Part shown: positions 8,631 through 18,052 of the stretch, piece after piece
Layout of the letters: each line of letters begins with the position of its first letter
How positions within the stretch are numbered: the stretch's first letter is position 1
Source: a virus
Taxonomy: Duplodnaviria > Caudoviricetes
Reading direction: 5' to 3' (one strand)
Length of the DNA stretch: 25,871 nucleotides
IMG/VR virus record: IMGVR_UViG_3300042898_003554
Span: 1 to 25,871 of that record
Made by a program: the position numbers and the translations under genes
Notes under the pieces: generated by a model
Told to the model about the DNA's origin: nothing
What the model saw: the letters and a program-made list of their open reading frames with translations, nothing else
Databases searched by the model: none

Positions 8631-10235
8631 TCAAATCGAATTTTGATTGATATTCAGTTCGTATTTAAGATGACCACAGTCCCAAATGCGGTCGTATCCC
8701 AAATCTTGCATTATTTGCCATTCCGTCTTCATCGGATCTCCACCAGATTCTACTAATTTAGACTTTGTGAAATTGAAACGATGCAATCTATTCTTATAAT
8801 CGTTCATATAATAATAGTTTGGCTGACCTTCCGACACGAGAGAGAATCCGATGGAAGCATAAACATTGCTGTGTTTAGATGTAAACCTTTTATCAGCATA
8901 AGATGTAATCTTTATGGGAACATGAGTTTTTATAAAGAATGACAATAATTTGCCAGCCGCACCAATCACATTCTTTTTTATATCGGTTGCCATGCGCATC
9001 AATTCCCACTCACCTTGCAGCAATGATTTTTTTCCTCTCACGATGGTTGGTTTTCCGAATGTAGCAACTGAAACCAGCGAGTTGTTGAAAAATAGCCCCA
9101 ACAGTATCGACGCTGGCACCGATCCTTGAATATGATTTTTATCTAAAAATTGTTTTGCGTCATTCCAACCTATAGGTCTAACTTCACATTTTCTGGCATA
9201 TATCTTTTCTATTCCAACCGAATGACTCAATAGTTTTTTTATCTTTGATTTTACAATCTCTTGTTGGTCTCGCCATTCATCTTCAAATATATGAATTAAT
9301 CTAATTCCTTTTGAATCACATTCATTAGTTTTCCAAGCGTGGTACGTCTTTGGTTTATTACCGGCTACCTCGGAATGATAGTACAATCCATCAAATTCAA
9401 TGCCAATAGACTTACTGGGCACAAAAATGTCAACTTCCATGTTACCAGAAAAAGTTTTTCTATGGTCCATAATTGCGTCGGACACGTCCAATTCTTTTTT
9501 TATATAATCGTATACTTCACATTGCATTTTTGATTTTTTTGGCGGGTTGCATTTTAAACACGTAAAATACGACGAATGATATTGTGAATATACTGAATCA
9601 CACTGATTACAGGAAAATTCAATTTTACTACCGGTCTCGGATAAAACCTTCACGTTATACCGTGATTCTTTTAATCCTATAGATTTATTATGAAAATTTT
9701 TTCCTCTTTTTTCCAACGCCTCTTTACTGTGCCAAGGAGCGGTTTCTCCGTTTGCTCTGAACTGCTCAGTCCGAGATACTGCTTTAGCTTTCATTTTAGA
9801 TATTGAATCGTCTGAAAATTTATAACCAAGAGTTGATTTATTATGGCCAGATATATATTCCGTTGTATATGGCGAGAAATACGACTTTATTGTCGTTGAG
9901 TTGCCACACCCACATTTACATTTTGGTTGTTCGCCATTTAGCAAGTGAGTTAAAATGTATTCTTCCTTTACTAAATTATGTTTTTTCTTTAAGTGAAAAG
10001 AAAATGCCGTTGTGGTGTAGTCGCAACCATCGTTACACAATTTGCATTTTACTAGATCTTTACCAATTTGATTTCCCTTTGCCTTTGCGGAATTTATTCT
10101 GAAATCCCCAAATTGAGAAATATATTCATTTACCAACATATTGTTGTGTTTGAACCGCAAGTGTGAAGACAATCCCACACTCGCGCACTCGGTGCCACAT
10201 AATTGACATTTTATAAGTTGTTTTGTTTTTTGCAT
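8631..10235 (-). CDS. Homing-endonuclease-like protein: Zn fingers + PD-(D/E)XK nuclease + C-terminal GNAT/Mom-like domain
   Basis: Two C2H2-like fingers (CQLC..HLRFKH; CKLC..HLKKKH), CKCGCG, nuclease EVDIFVPSKSIGIEFDGLYYHSE..LIHIFEDEW, then IYARKC..WELMRMAT..ITSYADKRF..DRIWDCG. ORF track starts at a TTG (10253); ATG at 10235 is preferred. Confidence 0.75.
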   Translation of the reverse strand: MQKTKQLIKCQLCGTECASVGLSSHLRFKHNNMLVNEYISQFGDFRINSAKAKGNQIGKDLVKCKLCNDGCDYTTTAFSFHLKKKHNLVKEEYILTHLLNGEQPKCKCGCGNSTTIKSYFSPYTTEYISGHNKSTLGYKFSDDSISKMKAKAVSRTEQFRANGETAPWHSKEALEKRGKNFHNKSIGLKESRYNVKVLSETGSKIEFSCNQCDSVYSQYHSSYFTCLKCNPPKKSKMQCEVYDYIKKELDVSDAIMDHRKTFSGNMEVDIFVPSKSIGIEFDGLYYHSEVAGNKPKTYHAWKTNECDSKGIRLIHIFEDEWRDQQEIVKSKIKKLLSHSVGIEKIYARKCEVRPIGWNDAKQFLDKNHIQGSVPASILLGLFFNNSLVSVATFGKPTIVRGKKSLLQGEWELMRMATDIKKNVIGAAGKLLSFFIKTHVPIKITSYADKRFTSKHSNVYASIGFSLVSEGQPNYYYMNDYKNRLHRFNFTKSKLVESGGDPMKTEWQIMQDLGYDRIWDCGHLKYELNINQNSI

Positions 10236-10304
10236 ATATAGATAATTATGCAATAGTATTCAAAAAGCAATATCTTTTTTGTATATAGTCAAAATTATTT
10301 AGAC

Positions 10305-10336
10305 AAAAAAAGACCGCCCTTTCGGACGGTCTTTTT
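10305..10336 (-). terminator. Rho-independent terminator after the major capsid gene
   Basis: Minus strand reads AGACCGTCC-GAAA-GGGCGGTCT followed by a T run: 9-bp stem with one G-U pair and a GNRA tetraloop. T run on the other side could make it bidirectional. Confidence 0.9.
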
Positions 10337-10364
10337 ATAAAATCCCCTTTTAGGAGACGAACGA

Positions 10365-11969
10365 TTAGACTTCGTTGAGGTTTCCGATAATTATTTTACC
10401 GTAAAACTCAGGCCTTAGCATCTTCTTTGCATAACGTGTCATCACGCCACGACGTGGTGTGAAGTTCACTGGATCGTACACCAATGGTGTTTGGATCAGT
10501 GGGATGTATGGAGCGTAAACAGCGCCGGTTTCTAGGAAGTTTGTTCCACGGAAACCTACCAACATAACATTGTCTGTCATGTATGGGTTCTTGTATACTG
10601 TCCAACGGTTGCTTAGAGCGCCAACCTTGGCAACGCCCATCGCGAACTTGGCTTGATCGCCGTCCGTGTTGGTGGTGAAGCCTGGGATGGATTCGATGAT
10701 TGTAGCTACGTCTGGGGAGCAAACTAGGAAGTTAGCGCCGCCACGTAGTGTCAATTGGTGAATCTTGTTCGAAACTTTTTGGATCTTGTTACCAAGAGTT
10801 TGGAACCATGTGCTCTTCACGTAAGCAGTGCGGTTAGCAGCTGTGTCAGCGAAACGACCCGTTGTGGAGTCATATTCGGTTCCGATACGGGCGGACCAGT
10901 ATTCGGTTGTAGCAGCTGGAGCAGCGACTGTTAACATGTCAAGGATTTCTAGGTCGATTTCCATCGAGACGTATTCCGATAGAAGAGCTGTTAGCTCGGC
11001 TTCGGCGTCAATCGAGTGGTAAGCATTCAAGTCTTGAGCCAATTCTGGTGTCCAGACGGCTTTTAGCTTGCGTGTCTTAGCAACGATGGCTTCGGACTTT
11101 AGTTCCAAGTTAACTTCTGGGATTCCAATGTCGTTTGCAACTCCTGTGGCGTTTGGCAATCCGGAACCTTGGTCTTCGAAGTCACCACGTGAACTGTCGG
11201 AAGGTTGAACATGGTATTCAACGTAGACAGACGCATTAGAGGCCAATGCGCCAGCAGAAACAACGAATGTTACTGTGTTACCAGAAACAGTTGTGAATGC
11301 TGGGTAGAAATCAGCGATTCCGGAACCGGAAACGGTGAAAGCGCGGATACCGTTGGCATCGAAGCTTGTACCGGCCATGTTGACGGCAACCTTGCGGATA
11401 ACGCCGCTCTCAGCCGAGGCGCTCAATTCTGGAACGAAATTTGCATCGCCCCATGAACCGGTTGTTACTGCCGATGTCTTGGTTGTGTTTTGGTCGTTCA
11501 TGGTGTAACCGAAGCGGCCTTGGCCATATAGACCATTGACAGCACTGTCGGTAGAACCTAGCTTGGTTCCGGTGCCGCCGAATAGCGATTCACCGTTGAA
11601 GCGTGGTTTGCCAGCCATGTCTGTACCATATTTGAAGTCTAGATAGAATACTAGACCGGATGGTAGGTTCATTGGTTGAACCGAAACGAATTCCTTAGCA
11701 GCGATTTCAGCGAAAACGCGGCGAACTAGTGGGAGAGCAACGCCAGCCCATTGTTCGGAATTAGCGGAGGTACCTGTGCGGGTAGCTTCGTCAATTAGTT
11801 GCTTTGCTTGATTTTCCAAAAGGATGGACATGTGTGACTTTTCCATGTCGCTCTTGATGCCTTCTAGAAGACCCGTTTTTTCCCACTTGGCCATTAGACC
11901 GCGTGTTTGAGACATTAGTTGAACCATTGGGTTCGATGTCTCACTTAGTAGTGATTTGATATCTGACAT
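10365..11969 (-). CDS. gp23: Major capsid protein (T4 gp23-like)
   Basis: 534 aa. ILLENQ, LPLVRRVF..VSVQPMNLPSGLVFYLDFKY, AKTRKLKAVWTPELAQDLNAYHSIDAEAELTALLSEYVSMEIDLEIL, YAPYIPL..DPVNFTPRRGVMTRYA are gp23 family hallmarks. Confidence 0.97.
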   Translation of the reverse strand: MSDIKSLLSETSNPMVQLMSQTRGLMAKWEKTGLLEGIKSDMEKSHMSILLENQAKQLIDEATRTGTSANSEQWAGVALPLVRRVFAEIAAKEFVSVQPMNLPSGLVFYLDFKYGTDMAGKPRFNGESLFGGTGTKLGSTDSAVNGLYGQGRFGYTMNDQNTTKTSAVTTGSWGDANFVPELSASAESGVIRKVAVNMAGTSFDANGIRAFTVSGSGIADFYPAFTTVSGNTVTFVVSAGALASNASVYVEYHVQPSDSSRGDFEDQGSGLPNATGVANDIGIPEVNLELKSEAIVAKTRKLKAVWTPELAQDLNAYHSIDAEAELTALLSEYVSMEIDLEILDMLTVAAPAATTEYWSARIGTEYDSTTGRFADTAANRTAYVKSTWFQTLGNKIQKVSNKIHQLTLRGGANFLVCSPDVATIIESIPGFTTNTDGDQAKFAMGVAKVGALSNRWTVYKNPYMTDNVMLVGFRGTNFLETGAVYAPYIPLIQTPLVYDPVNFTPRRGVMTRYAKKMLRPEFYGKIIIGNLNEV

Positions 11970-11999
11970 AATTTTTTTTCCTGTTTTGTTGATTTTGGT

Positions 12000-13334
12000 T
12001 TACTTACGAATACCGGCCAATTTCTTGAAGCGGTTTGCCATTTCGGCTCCTTCTGCAAGTACTGTTGGTTTTGTCGGTTTTGTCGATGCAACTGCCTTAG
12101 AGGCCAATCCTTCGGTGATCGTCTTGATGGTAGTGGAAGCCTTTACAGGTCCAGCTGCCTTCTTGGCACCGAAATTAAACGATTCTGCCAATGTGGCGTA
12201 AACGATCTTTGCTTCACGAACCGATTTCGTGAGGTCAAATGACTCGATTACTTTTAGTTTCTGCTCATTGTTTAGGTTGGCTTGCTTGAACAATTTGTTC
12301 GTATACAGCAACTTGGCATTGAGCAGGTTTACTTCATTGATTTGGTCCCGTAGATATTTAACTGCGCTACGGTATTCTGCTAGTTCCTTCTTCAACGAAA
12401 GATTTTCTTTGACGGTTTCTTTTTCGTCTTCTTCTTCTTTTTCTGCACCATCTTCTTTTTTCTTCTTGATGTTATCCAAGAATTGTGGTGGTATTTTGCC
12501 TTCTTCGACTGTTTCTTCTTCGTCGGCGTCTTCATCAGATGTTTCGGATAGAAGTTCTTCAAGATTGATTTCTTCGTCCATTCCAGCTTCTTGAGCTTGG
12601 TGATCTGCTTCTGGAGCAATATCATCCATTCCGGCGTCATTTACAGAAGCTTCTAATTCTTTTAGAATTTCTTCTAGAGACTCATTGTCGAGTTCGGCAT
12701 CATTTTCTTTTAGAGCGGATGTACCAGAGTCATTCTTCTTTTGACCCTTGGAGAATTCGTTCGAAGCACCTTGTGGGTCTTGTGTCTTGTGTCCAGCTGT
12801 GGTCTTCTTATAGTCAGAAGAAGCTGCGGCATCTGCTTTAGCGGCTTTTGGTTCACCGGATGTTGATAGCTTTGTAGCATCAACCATTTCTTGACCTTTG
12901 TTGTCGGTCTTGTGACCGTGTGTAGTCTTTTTATAGTCCGTGGAAGCCATTTCGCCTTCTTCTATACCATGTGTCTTTTCGACTGGGTCGGGATGTCCCG
13001 AACCGAGTGTTGTGTACTCTTCCATTGTTTCTTCTTCCATATCTGGTTCTGGGGCTTGGCCCATCATCGCGGCGTCTTGAGCAGCGTCTGCGTTAGCTTC
13101 TGGGGCTGGAACTTCGGCTTCTGGAGCTGGAGCTTCACCGTCTAGACCGACCGGTTCCATTTCGACTGGAGCGGCTGGAATTTCTTCCTCACCTAGTTCG
13201 GCTTTTAGTTTTTCTGACAACATGCTTTGTAGCTTTGGGGCAAAGGCTTCTTCAAGAGCCGCCTTGGCATTAGCTAAAGCAGTGGCGCGGACGGCTTTAG
13301 CGTCTGCGATTGCATTTTTTAATAAATCTGACAT
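12000..13334 (-). CDS. Prohead core scaffolding protein (T4 gp22-like position)
   Basis: 444 aa, very acidic and low-complexity, predicted coiled-coil C-terminus (INEVNLLNAKLLYTNKLF), ends RFKKLAGIRK, many [LIV]-x-E sites, immediately upstream of the capsid gene. Confidence 0.85.
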   Translation of the reverse strand: MSDLLKNAIADAKAVRATALANAKAALEEAFAPKLQSMLSEKLKAELGEEEIPAAPVEMEPVGLDGEAPAPEAEVPAPEANADAAQDAAMMGQAPEPDMEEETMEEYTTLGSGHPDPVEKTHGIEEGEMASTDYKKTTHGHKTDNKGQEMVDATKLSTSGEPKAAKADAAASSDYKKTTAGHKTQDPQGASNEFSKGQKKNDSGTSALKENDAELDNESLEEILKELEASVNDAGMDDIAPEADHQAQEAGMDEEINLEELLSETSDEDADEEETVEEGKIPPQFLDNIKKKKEDGAEKEEEDEKETVKENLSLKKELAEYRSAVKYLRDQINEVNLLNAKLLYTNKLFKQANLNNEQKLKVIESFDLTKSVREAKIVYATLAESFNFGAKKAAGPVKASTTIKTITEGLASKAVASTKPTKPTVLAEGAEMANRFKKLAGIRK

Positions 13335-13431
13335 AATAGTTTTTTTATCCTTATAATGGTGAAACTATTATGAGTTTCAAAAATTGTTTTTATCTCCGGC
13401 TTGCAATAAATAATATTGCATTTTTTGTTAT

Positions 13432-13439
13432 TATAAATA
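13432..13439 (-). promoter_or_regulatory. TATTTATA motif, putative promoter of the scaffold-capsid operon
   Basis: 97 nt upstream of the scaffold ATG. The upstream operon ends at a terminator (15164-15191), so a promoter is needed here. Confidence 0.6.
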
Positions 13440-13483
13440 GACATTATATATACAAAATGATATAGTTTTCATTAAATTATTAA

Positions 13484-13491
13484 TACTTATA
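13484..13491 (+). promoter_or_regulatory. TACTTATA variant of the motif upstream of the plus-strand nuclease gene
   Basis: One mismatch to TATTTATA, on the + (coding) strand 24 nt before the ATG at 13516. Confidence 0.4.
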
Positions 13492-13515
13492 AACAATCGC
13501 AGAAGCAAAAGTCAT

Positions 13516-15165
13516 ATGTTAACATTATTGTGTAAAAATTGTGGATCTGAATTTCCAAGCAAGCAACGAGCAAAACAACATTGTTCTCCGCGCTGTTTTT
13601 CTGAATATCGACGTAGACCAGATGTTTTAGAAGAAACTAAAAAACGGCGCGAGAATAGTAATATTGAAAAATACGGAACAAAAAATGCGGCACAATCTGA
13701 CCGCGTAAAAGACAAAGCACGCGCCACTTGTATAGAAAAATATGGTGTTGTTTCTCCTTCGCAAAATAAAGAAATTAAAGACGCTCAAAAGAAAACATGC
13801 ATTGAACGATACGGAGTTGAGAATCCGCAGCAAAATTTAAGCATAAGAATTAAACAACAAAACTCTACATTTAAATCTTTGGGGGTATCACACGCACTTC
13901 AATCCAAAGACGTGATGATAAAATTAAAGAAAACAAATTTAAAAAAATATGGAGTAGAAAATGTAGCAAGCAATGCTGATGTAAAAAATAAAAAAAATAA
14001 TACATGTTTAGAAAAGTATGGTAGCATATACCCGATCACAACAGAGTATGTTAAAAACAAACAAAAAGAAAAACTTTCTGAAATATACTATACGCAAATA
14101 AAAACTCGATCTGAGCAATCGGGGCTGATATTAAAATTCAAAAAAGAAGAGTATACCAATTGTTCAAATTATAAAGAATACCCTGTGGAATGTATAAAGT
14201 GTTCTACAAAATTCCACGATTGTTTCACACATGGCTATACACCTAGATGCCCAACTTGTTTTCCAGTCAACAATACATCTATAATAGAGCAAGAATTGTA
14301 TACGTTTTTAACCTCTCTAATAAAAGAATGTGATATAGAACGATACAATAGAAAGATATTGGTTGGTCAAGAAATAGATTTTTATATTCCATCAATGAAC
14401 ATAGCAATAGAATTAAATGGGAACTATTGGCATTCTGAGATAACTGGAAAAAAGTATAAAAATTATCATATCAATAAAACAAAAAAATGTGAGGAATCTG
14501 GAATACATCTAATTCATATATTTGAAGATGAGTGGTTGCATAAACAAGATATAATAAAAAATAAACTTATATACCTATTGTGTCCGACAAAGGTCTCAAA
14601 AATATATGCACGGAAATGTGTTATACAATCTATTTCAAATATAGTATGCAATGCGTTTTTAGAAAAAACACATATCCAAGGGAAAGATAAATCTTCTATA
14701 AAATATGGCGCGTATTATAATGGAGAGTTGGTGTCGGTGATTACATTTGGAAAAAATAGAATCGCACTGGGAAATTCTGCAAAAGCAGACGAATATGAAT
14801 TATATAGATTTTGTTCAAAGGGGTCGGTTGTTGGAATAATGTCAAAATTCATTTCTCATTTCATAAAAGAATATTCTCCAAAAAGTATAATAACATATGC
14901 CGACAGAAGGTTCTCCTCAAGGACAAAGTGTGGATATTCTAAATGTGGATTTTCTTTTGTAAAAGAAACTTCTCCAAACTATTGGTATATAAATAAAAAA
15001 AGTATCCAAACCCGAGAACACAGATACAGATATAGAAAAAGTGAACAGAAAAAATTATTATCCGCTTATGATATAACAAAGACCGAATGGGAAAATATGC
15101 AAGATAATGGCTACGACCGTATCTGGGACTGTGGCAGTTTACGATATGAAATGATATTAAAATAA
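13516..15165 (+). CDS. Homing-endonuclease-like protein: KYGV repeats + PD-(D/E)XK nuclease + C-terminal GNAT/Mom-like domain
   Basis: 549 aa, visibly AT-rich, opposite strand to neighbours. CKNC..CSPRC, repeats of C[IL]E[KR]YGV, EIDFYIPSMNIAIELNGNYWHSE..LIHIFEDEW, IYARKC..YELYRFCS..ITYADRRF..DRIWDCG. C-terminal half homologous to 8631..10235. Confidence 0.78.
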   Translation: MLTLLCKNCGSEFPSKQRAKQHCSPRCFSEYRRRPDVLEETKKRRENSNIEKYGTKNAAQSDRVKDKARATCIEKYGVVSPSQNKEIKDAQKKTCIERYGVENPQQNLSIRIKQQNSTFKSLGVSHALQSKDVMIKLKKTNLKKYGVENVASNADVKNKKNNTCLEKYGSIYPITTEYVKNKQKEKLSEIYYTQIKTRSEQSGLILKFKKEEYTNCSNYKEYPVECIKCSTKFHDCFTHGYTPRCPTCFPVNNTSIIEQELYTFLTSLIKECDIERYNRKILVGQEIDFYIPSMNIAIELNGNYWHSEITGKKYKNYHINKTKKCEESGIHLIHIFEDEWLHKQDIIKNKLIYLLCPTKVSKIYARKCVIQSISNIVCNAFLEKTHIQGKDKSSIKYGAYYNGELVSVITFGKNRIALGNSAKADEYELYRFCSKGSVVGIMSKFISHFIKEYSPKSIITYADRRFSSRTKCGYSKCGFSFVKETSPNYWYINKKSIQTREHRYRYRKSEQKKLLSAYDITKTEWENMQDNGYDRIWDCGSLRYEMILK

Positions 15166-15191
15166 AAAGCCCACATATAAAATGTGGGCTT
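15164..15191 (-). terminator. Rho-independent terminator for the protease-side operon
   Basis: Perfect inverted repeat AAGCCCACAT/ATGTGGGCTT with a 5-nt loop and T tail on the minus strand, between converging genes. Confidence 0.85.
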
Positions 15192-15217
15192 GCGCAGTTA
15201 CGATATATAATATAAAA

Positions 15218-15673
15218 TTATTTTTTATTTAGCTTAGAAATAGCCATTGCACCTTCATCAAGATTTTTGATTTCAAAGTAACGACTTAATACATGGCCAC
15301 CGTCTTCATATAGTGCTTCCATGCGTTGTTGTACAACATGAGCTTCTTTGGCTAGTTTATTAAACTCTTCACTTACTTTGCGAAGTTGTTTCATATTTTC
15401 AGAAACGGTTTTTTTATCAAACCAATCATCAACTTCTGCTAATGTAAATTGTTCAGCTGACTCCGCAATCTTGCTCAACTTATGAGCAATTTCCATTAAA
15501 TTATATTCGCGGCGTAGGTGGTTGCCAAATTCATTATAGCTACCGATAGCTTCAAGCGCGGCTTTCTTTTCTTCTGGACTCCATACTTTTTCTTGTGGAG
15601 GAACCGAAGATTGATTAACTGTGGATTGAGGATCAAATCCTTCAAGCAATGCTTTCATTTTTAATATTTTCAT
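15218..15673 (-). CDS. Hypothetical protein, probable prohead/internal protein
   Basis: 151 aa, helical character, leader MKILKMKALLE, motif upstream, between protease and scaffold. Confidence 0.75.
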   Translation of the reverse strand: MKILKMKALLEGFDPQSTVNQSSVPPQEKVWSPEEKKAALEAIGSYNEFGNHLRREYNLMEIAHKLSKIAESAEQFTLAEVDDWFDKKTVSENMKQLRKVSEEFNKLAKEAHVVQQRMEALYEDGGHVLSRYFEIKNLDEGAMAISKLNKK

Positions 15674-15679
15674 AATGTA

Positions 15680-15687
15680 TATAAATA
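15680..15687 (-). promoter_or_regulatory. TATTTATA motif (putative late promoter)
   Basis: 6 nt upstream of the ATG at 15673. Confidence 0.6.
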
Positions 15688-15693
15688 GTTGTA

Positions 15694-16368
15694 TTAGTTA
15701 GATTCTTGGTCCGGTGGAGTTGCACCAACTAAACTTTTAACAGCAGTTAGCAATTCGCCGATACCTGGGATGACTCTGAAAGGAGCCATCTCGTTTGCAA
15801 ATGACGCATAATCTTCTTCAGTTTCTAGTCTCAATTTATCAACCAATTCAGCGGCAAATGCATCAACTGAGTTTGTTTGTACTGCGCTGCCTACGATCTT
15901 ACTTAATAGGAAATTTACACCCGCTTTAGATACAAGCTTGACGTGAGATTGTTGTTCAATTTCTTTTTCGGCTTGGTCTTTCTCAGCCTTGGCTTTTTCT
16001 AATTCAGCCTTAGCTTTGACAGCGTCTTCTTTTGCTTTGTCCACTTCTTCTCCACCGCTATCTGGAACAGCGTCTTGCGGTTGCGCGTCTATTGCGGGTA
16101 GGTCTGATTGATCACTTTGCTCGGTTGATGGTACATCCCCAAGTCCCGCAACGTTAGCTTTCGGGGCGGGTGGTGTATCCTTGTCCGCTTCTTCCGGTGC
16201 TGGTTCTTCTTCAGGTGGTTGAGGAGCCGCTTCTTTCTTTAAAGCCTTTTTCTTTTTACCTTCTGTTAATGACCCCCAAGCAACATCGGTTATACGACCT
16301 TGCGTTGTTTTATTGGAAATCTCCGAAATAAGTTGTTTTAAAAATGGGTTGGATATTTTGTTGTTCAT
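15694..16368 (-). CDS. Hypothetical acidic/Pro-rich protein, probable prohead core protein
   Basis: 224 aa, low-complexity P/E/D/A middle, coiled-coil AKAELEKAKAEK, leader ending LKQLISE; directly after the protease. Confidence 0.72.
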   Translation of the reverse strand: MNNKISNPFLKQLISEISNKTTQGRITDVAWGSLTEGKKKKALKKEAAPQPPEEEPAPEEADKDTPPAPKANVAGLGDVPSTEQSDQSDLPAIDAQPQDAVPDSGGEEVDKAKEDAVKAKAELEKAKAEKDQAEKEIEQQSHVKLVSKAGVNFLLSKIVGSAVQTNSVDAFAAELVDKLRLETEEDYASFANEMAPFRVIPGIGELLTAVKSLVGATPPDQESN

Positions 16369-16384
16369 ATATTACAGTTTTATA

Positions 16385-17014
16385 TTATCTTATTTCAGAC
16401 AAGATGTCGCGGATGATTCCTTCGATTTTCATGAACTTGTTCATGTCGCGTTTATCAACAGTCAATCCACCCAATACAGGTTTTCCGTGAGAAACACCTT
16501 CCGCTAAATTCATAAATGCGCCACGAGTTGAAGGCGACGATACTAGGTCGAAGCATAGCAATTCAAAGTCGTCTTGGACTTCAACGGTGTTTTCGTTCAT
16601 ATTTCTAACAGAACCTAGACCACGGCTGGAAATACCAACGCGGATATTGTTCTTGATTAGTTCCATCGCGATATTTCCACTTGGCGTGGTTAGCAATTCG
16701 ATTGTTCCAAAAACAGTGTCGCCTTCCCAGTGGCAACCGGTAACATTGTGAGAAACGTTCTTTAGATTGATAATAGAGCTGTCTGGGTGATCCAACTCAC
16801 CAAGAGCGCGGCGCTCTTTGATAATTTGTTGATATTTTTCAACTTCTCTCTCCAGAACTGGGCGTGGGTATACGCGACCATTGTGATTCTTTTCACCCGC
16901 TTTTTGTAATGGACCGGACAGCGAAAATGCTCCGCCGACGTGTTTCTTTGCTTCGCTCAATATTTGAGGAGTTATTTCAAATGGAATATAATCTACCAAT
17001 AGTTGTTTGCTCAT
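16385..17014 (-). CDS. gp21: Prohead core protease (T4 gp21-like)
   Basis: 209 aa. KNHNGRVYP, ALGELDHP (His), NVSH, TPSGNI, GISSRGLGS (Ser), FDLVSSPST: the full gp21 motif set. Confidence 0.95.
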   Translation of the reverse strand: MSKQLLVDYIPFEITPQILSEAKKHVGGAFSLSGPLQKAGEKNHNGRVYPRPVLEREVEKYQQIIKERRALGELDHPDSSIINLKNVSHNVTGCHWEGDTVFGTIELLTTPSGNIAMELIKNNIRVGISSRGLGSVRNMNENTVEVQDDFELLCFDLVSSPSTRGAFMNLAEGVSHGKPVLGGLTVDKRDMNKFMKIEGIIRDILSEIR

Positions 17015-17015
17015 G

Positions 17016-17558
17016 TTATGATAAAGGTCTACTGGATGTTAATCCAAGATTTTGAGGTTGTGTTATTCCACCTAACGACGGGTTCTTTTTTCCTTGGTCG
17101 GTTGGTTGCAATATTGTTACTGGTGGGGTTTCGGTTTTACCCGCGCCCAAAATCCTTATTTTAAAGGAAGAGTTAATATAATAATCTTTTCTATCGTCTG
17201 CTTTTAGAACGATAAAATATTTGTCTTTTATATAAGAAATGTCTATATCCTTAACAGTGATAGTATAGTCTTTTTCTTGACCGATGGATCCTTTGGATGC
17301 TCTAACGGCAACTTCTTTATTTACCAAATTCTTTTTTAGTGTTTGACTTAGTTCTTTTTTAGCAGCTTCTTCTTCGGCGCTAACTTTTGTTTGAAATGCT
17401 ACAAAGTCTTTAACTACACTATAGAATTTAACGTCTGGACTTGGAGTTGGCGACACAGCACTCGGTTCTATGCCTGGACTCATGTTTCCAGCAGCAGCTG
17501 GGTTATTTCCCCAAGTATCTTCATTTAAAATTTTTACGGCGATATCTTTAAGGTTCAT
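17016..17558 (-). CDS. Hypothetical protein
   Basis: 180 aa in the tightly packed operon; leader MNLKDIAVKILNE. Confidence 0.75.
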   Translation of the reverse strand: MNLKDIAVKILNEDTWGNNPAAAGNMSPGIEPSAVSPTPSPDVKFYSVVKDFVAFQTKVSAEEEAAKKELSQTLKKNLVNKEVAVRASKGSIGQEKDYTITVKDIDISYIKDKYFIVLKADDRKDYYINSSFKIRILGAGKTETPPVTILQPTDQGKKNPSLGGITQPQNLGLTSSRPLS

Positions 17559-17561
17559 ATA

Positions 17562-18050
17562 TTATTTTCCCATTCTGTTTATTTTCTTGGCGATTTCTTT
17601 CAAACGAGCATGTATTTCTTTCATGTCCGGCTGTGTTCTAGCCCATAAGTTCTGAGTGGAGTATCCACATTCAGTTTTTAACTTCTCACACAATTCAACT
17701 AAATATTCGACTTCACCAAGCATCTTCTTGGCTTGGTTGATGCCATACGAAATCTTGGCATGATTCTTCATCATGTCACTTTCTTTAAAATTACGGTAAC
17801 GGCTACGGCCTTCCATTATATCAACGTCGCGGCGAACGGTTAGTCTTTCACCTTCACCAACCGTGGTGTCGTCTGTGTCTTCTTTACCAACAACTTTACC
17901 ACCGGGCATAGAGCGTTCAGCAGATTTCTTTTTGCTCTTGTGACCACGGAATGCCGCTGGTGTCATATATCCACCAACAGCTCCTGTAGAAGTCATTTCA
18001 TCTAGGACTTCTTCTACAAGTTCGCGAATAAGTTGTTTTGCGTCACTCAT
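17562..18050 (-). CDS. Hypothetical protein, probable prohead core protein
   Basis: 162 aa; leader KQLIRELVEEVLDE then MTSTGAVGGYMTPAAF; helical C-terminus. Confidence 0.75.
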   Translation of the reverse strand: MSDAKQLIRELVEEVLDEMTSTGAVGGYMTPAAFRGHKSKKKSAERSMPGGKVVGKEDTDDTTVGEGERLTVRRDVDIMEGRSRYRNFKESDMMKNHAKISYGINQAKKMLGEVEYLVELCEKLKTECGYSTQNLWARTQPDMKEIHARLKEIAKKINRMGK

Positions 18051-18052
18051 TT

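Noticed and set aside
8631-15165. Composite transposon carrying the capsid genes
   Set aside because: The flanking genes are not transposases, are only distantly similar to each other, and no terminal inverted repeats or target duplications were seen.
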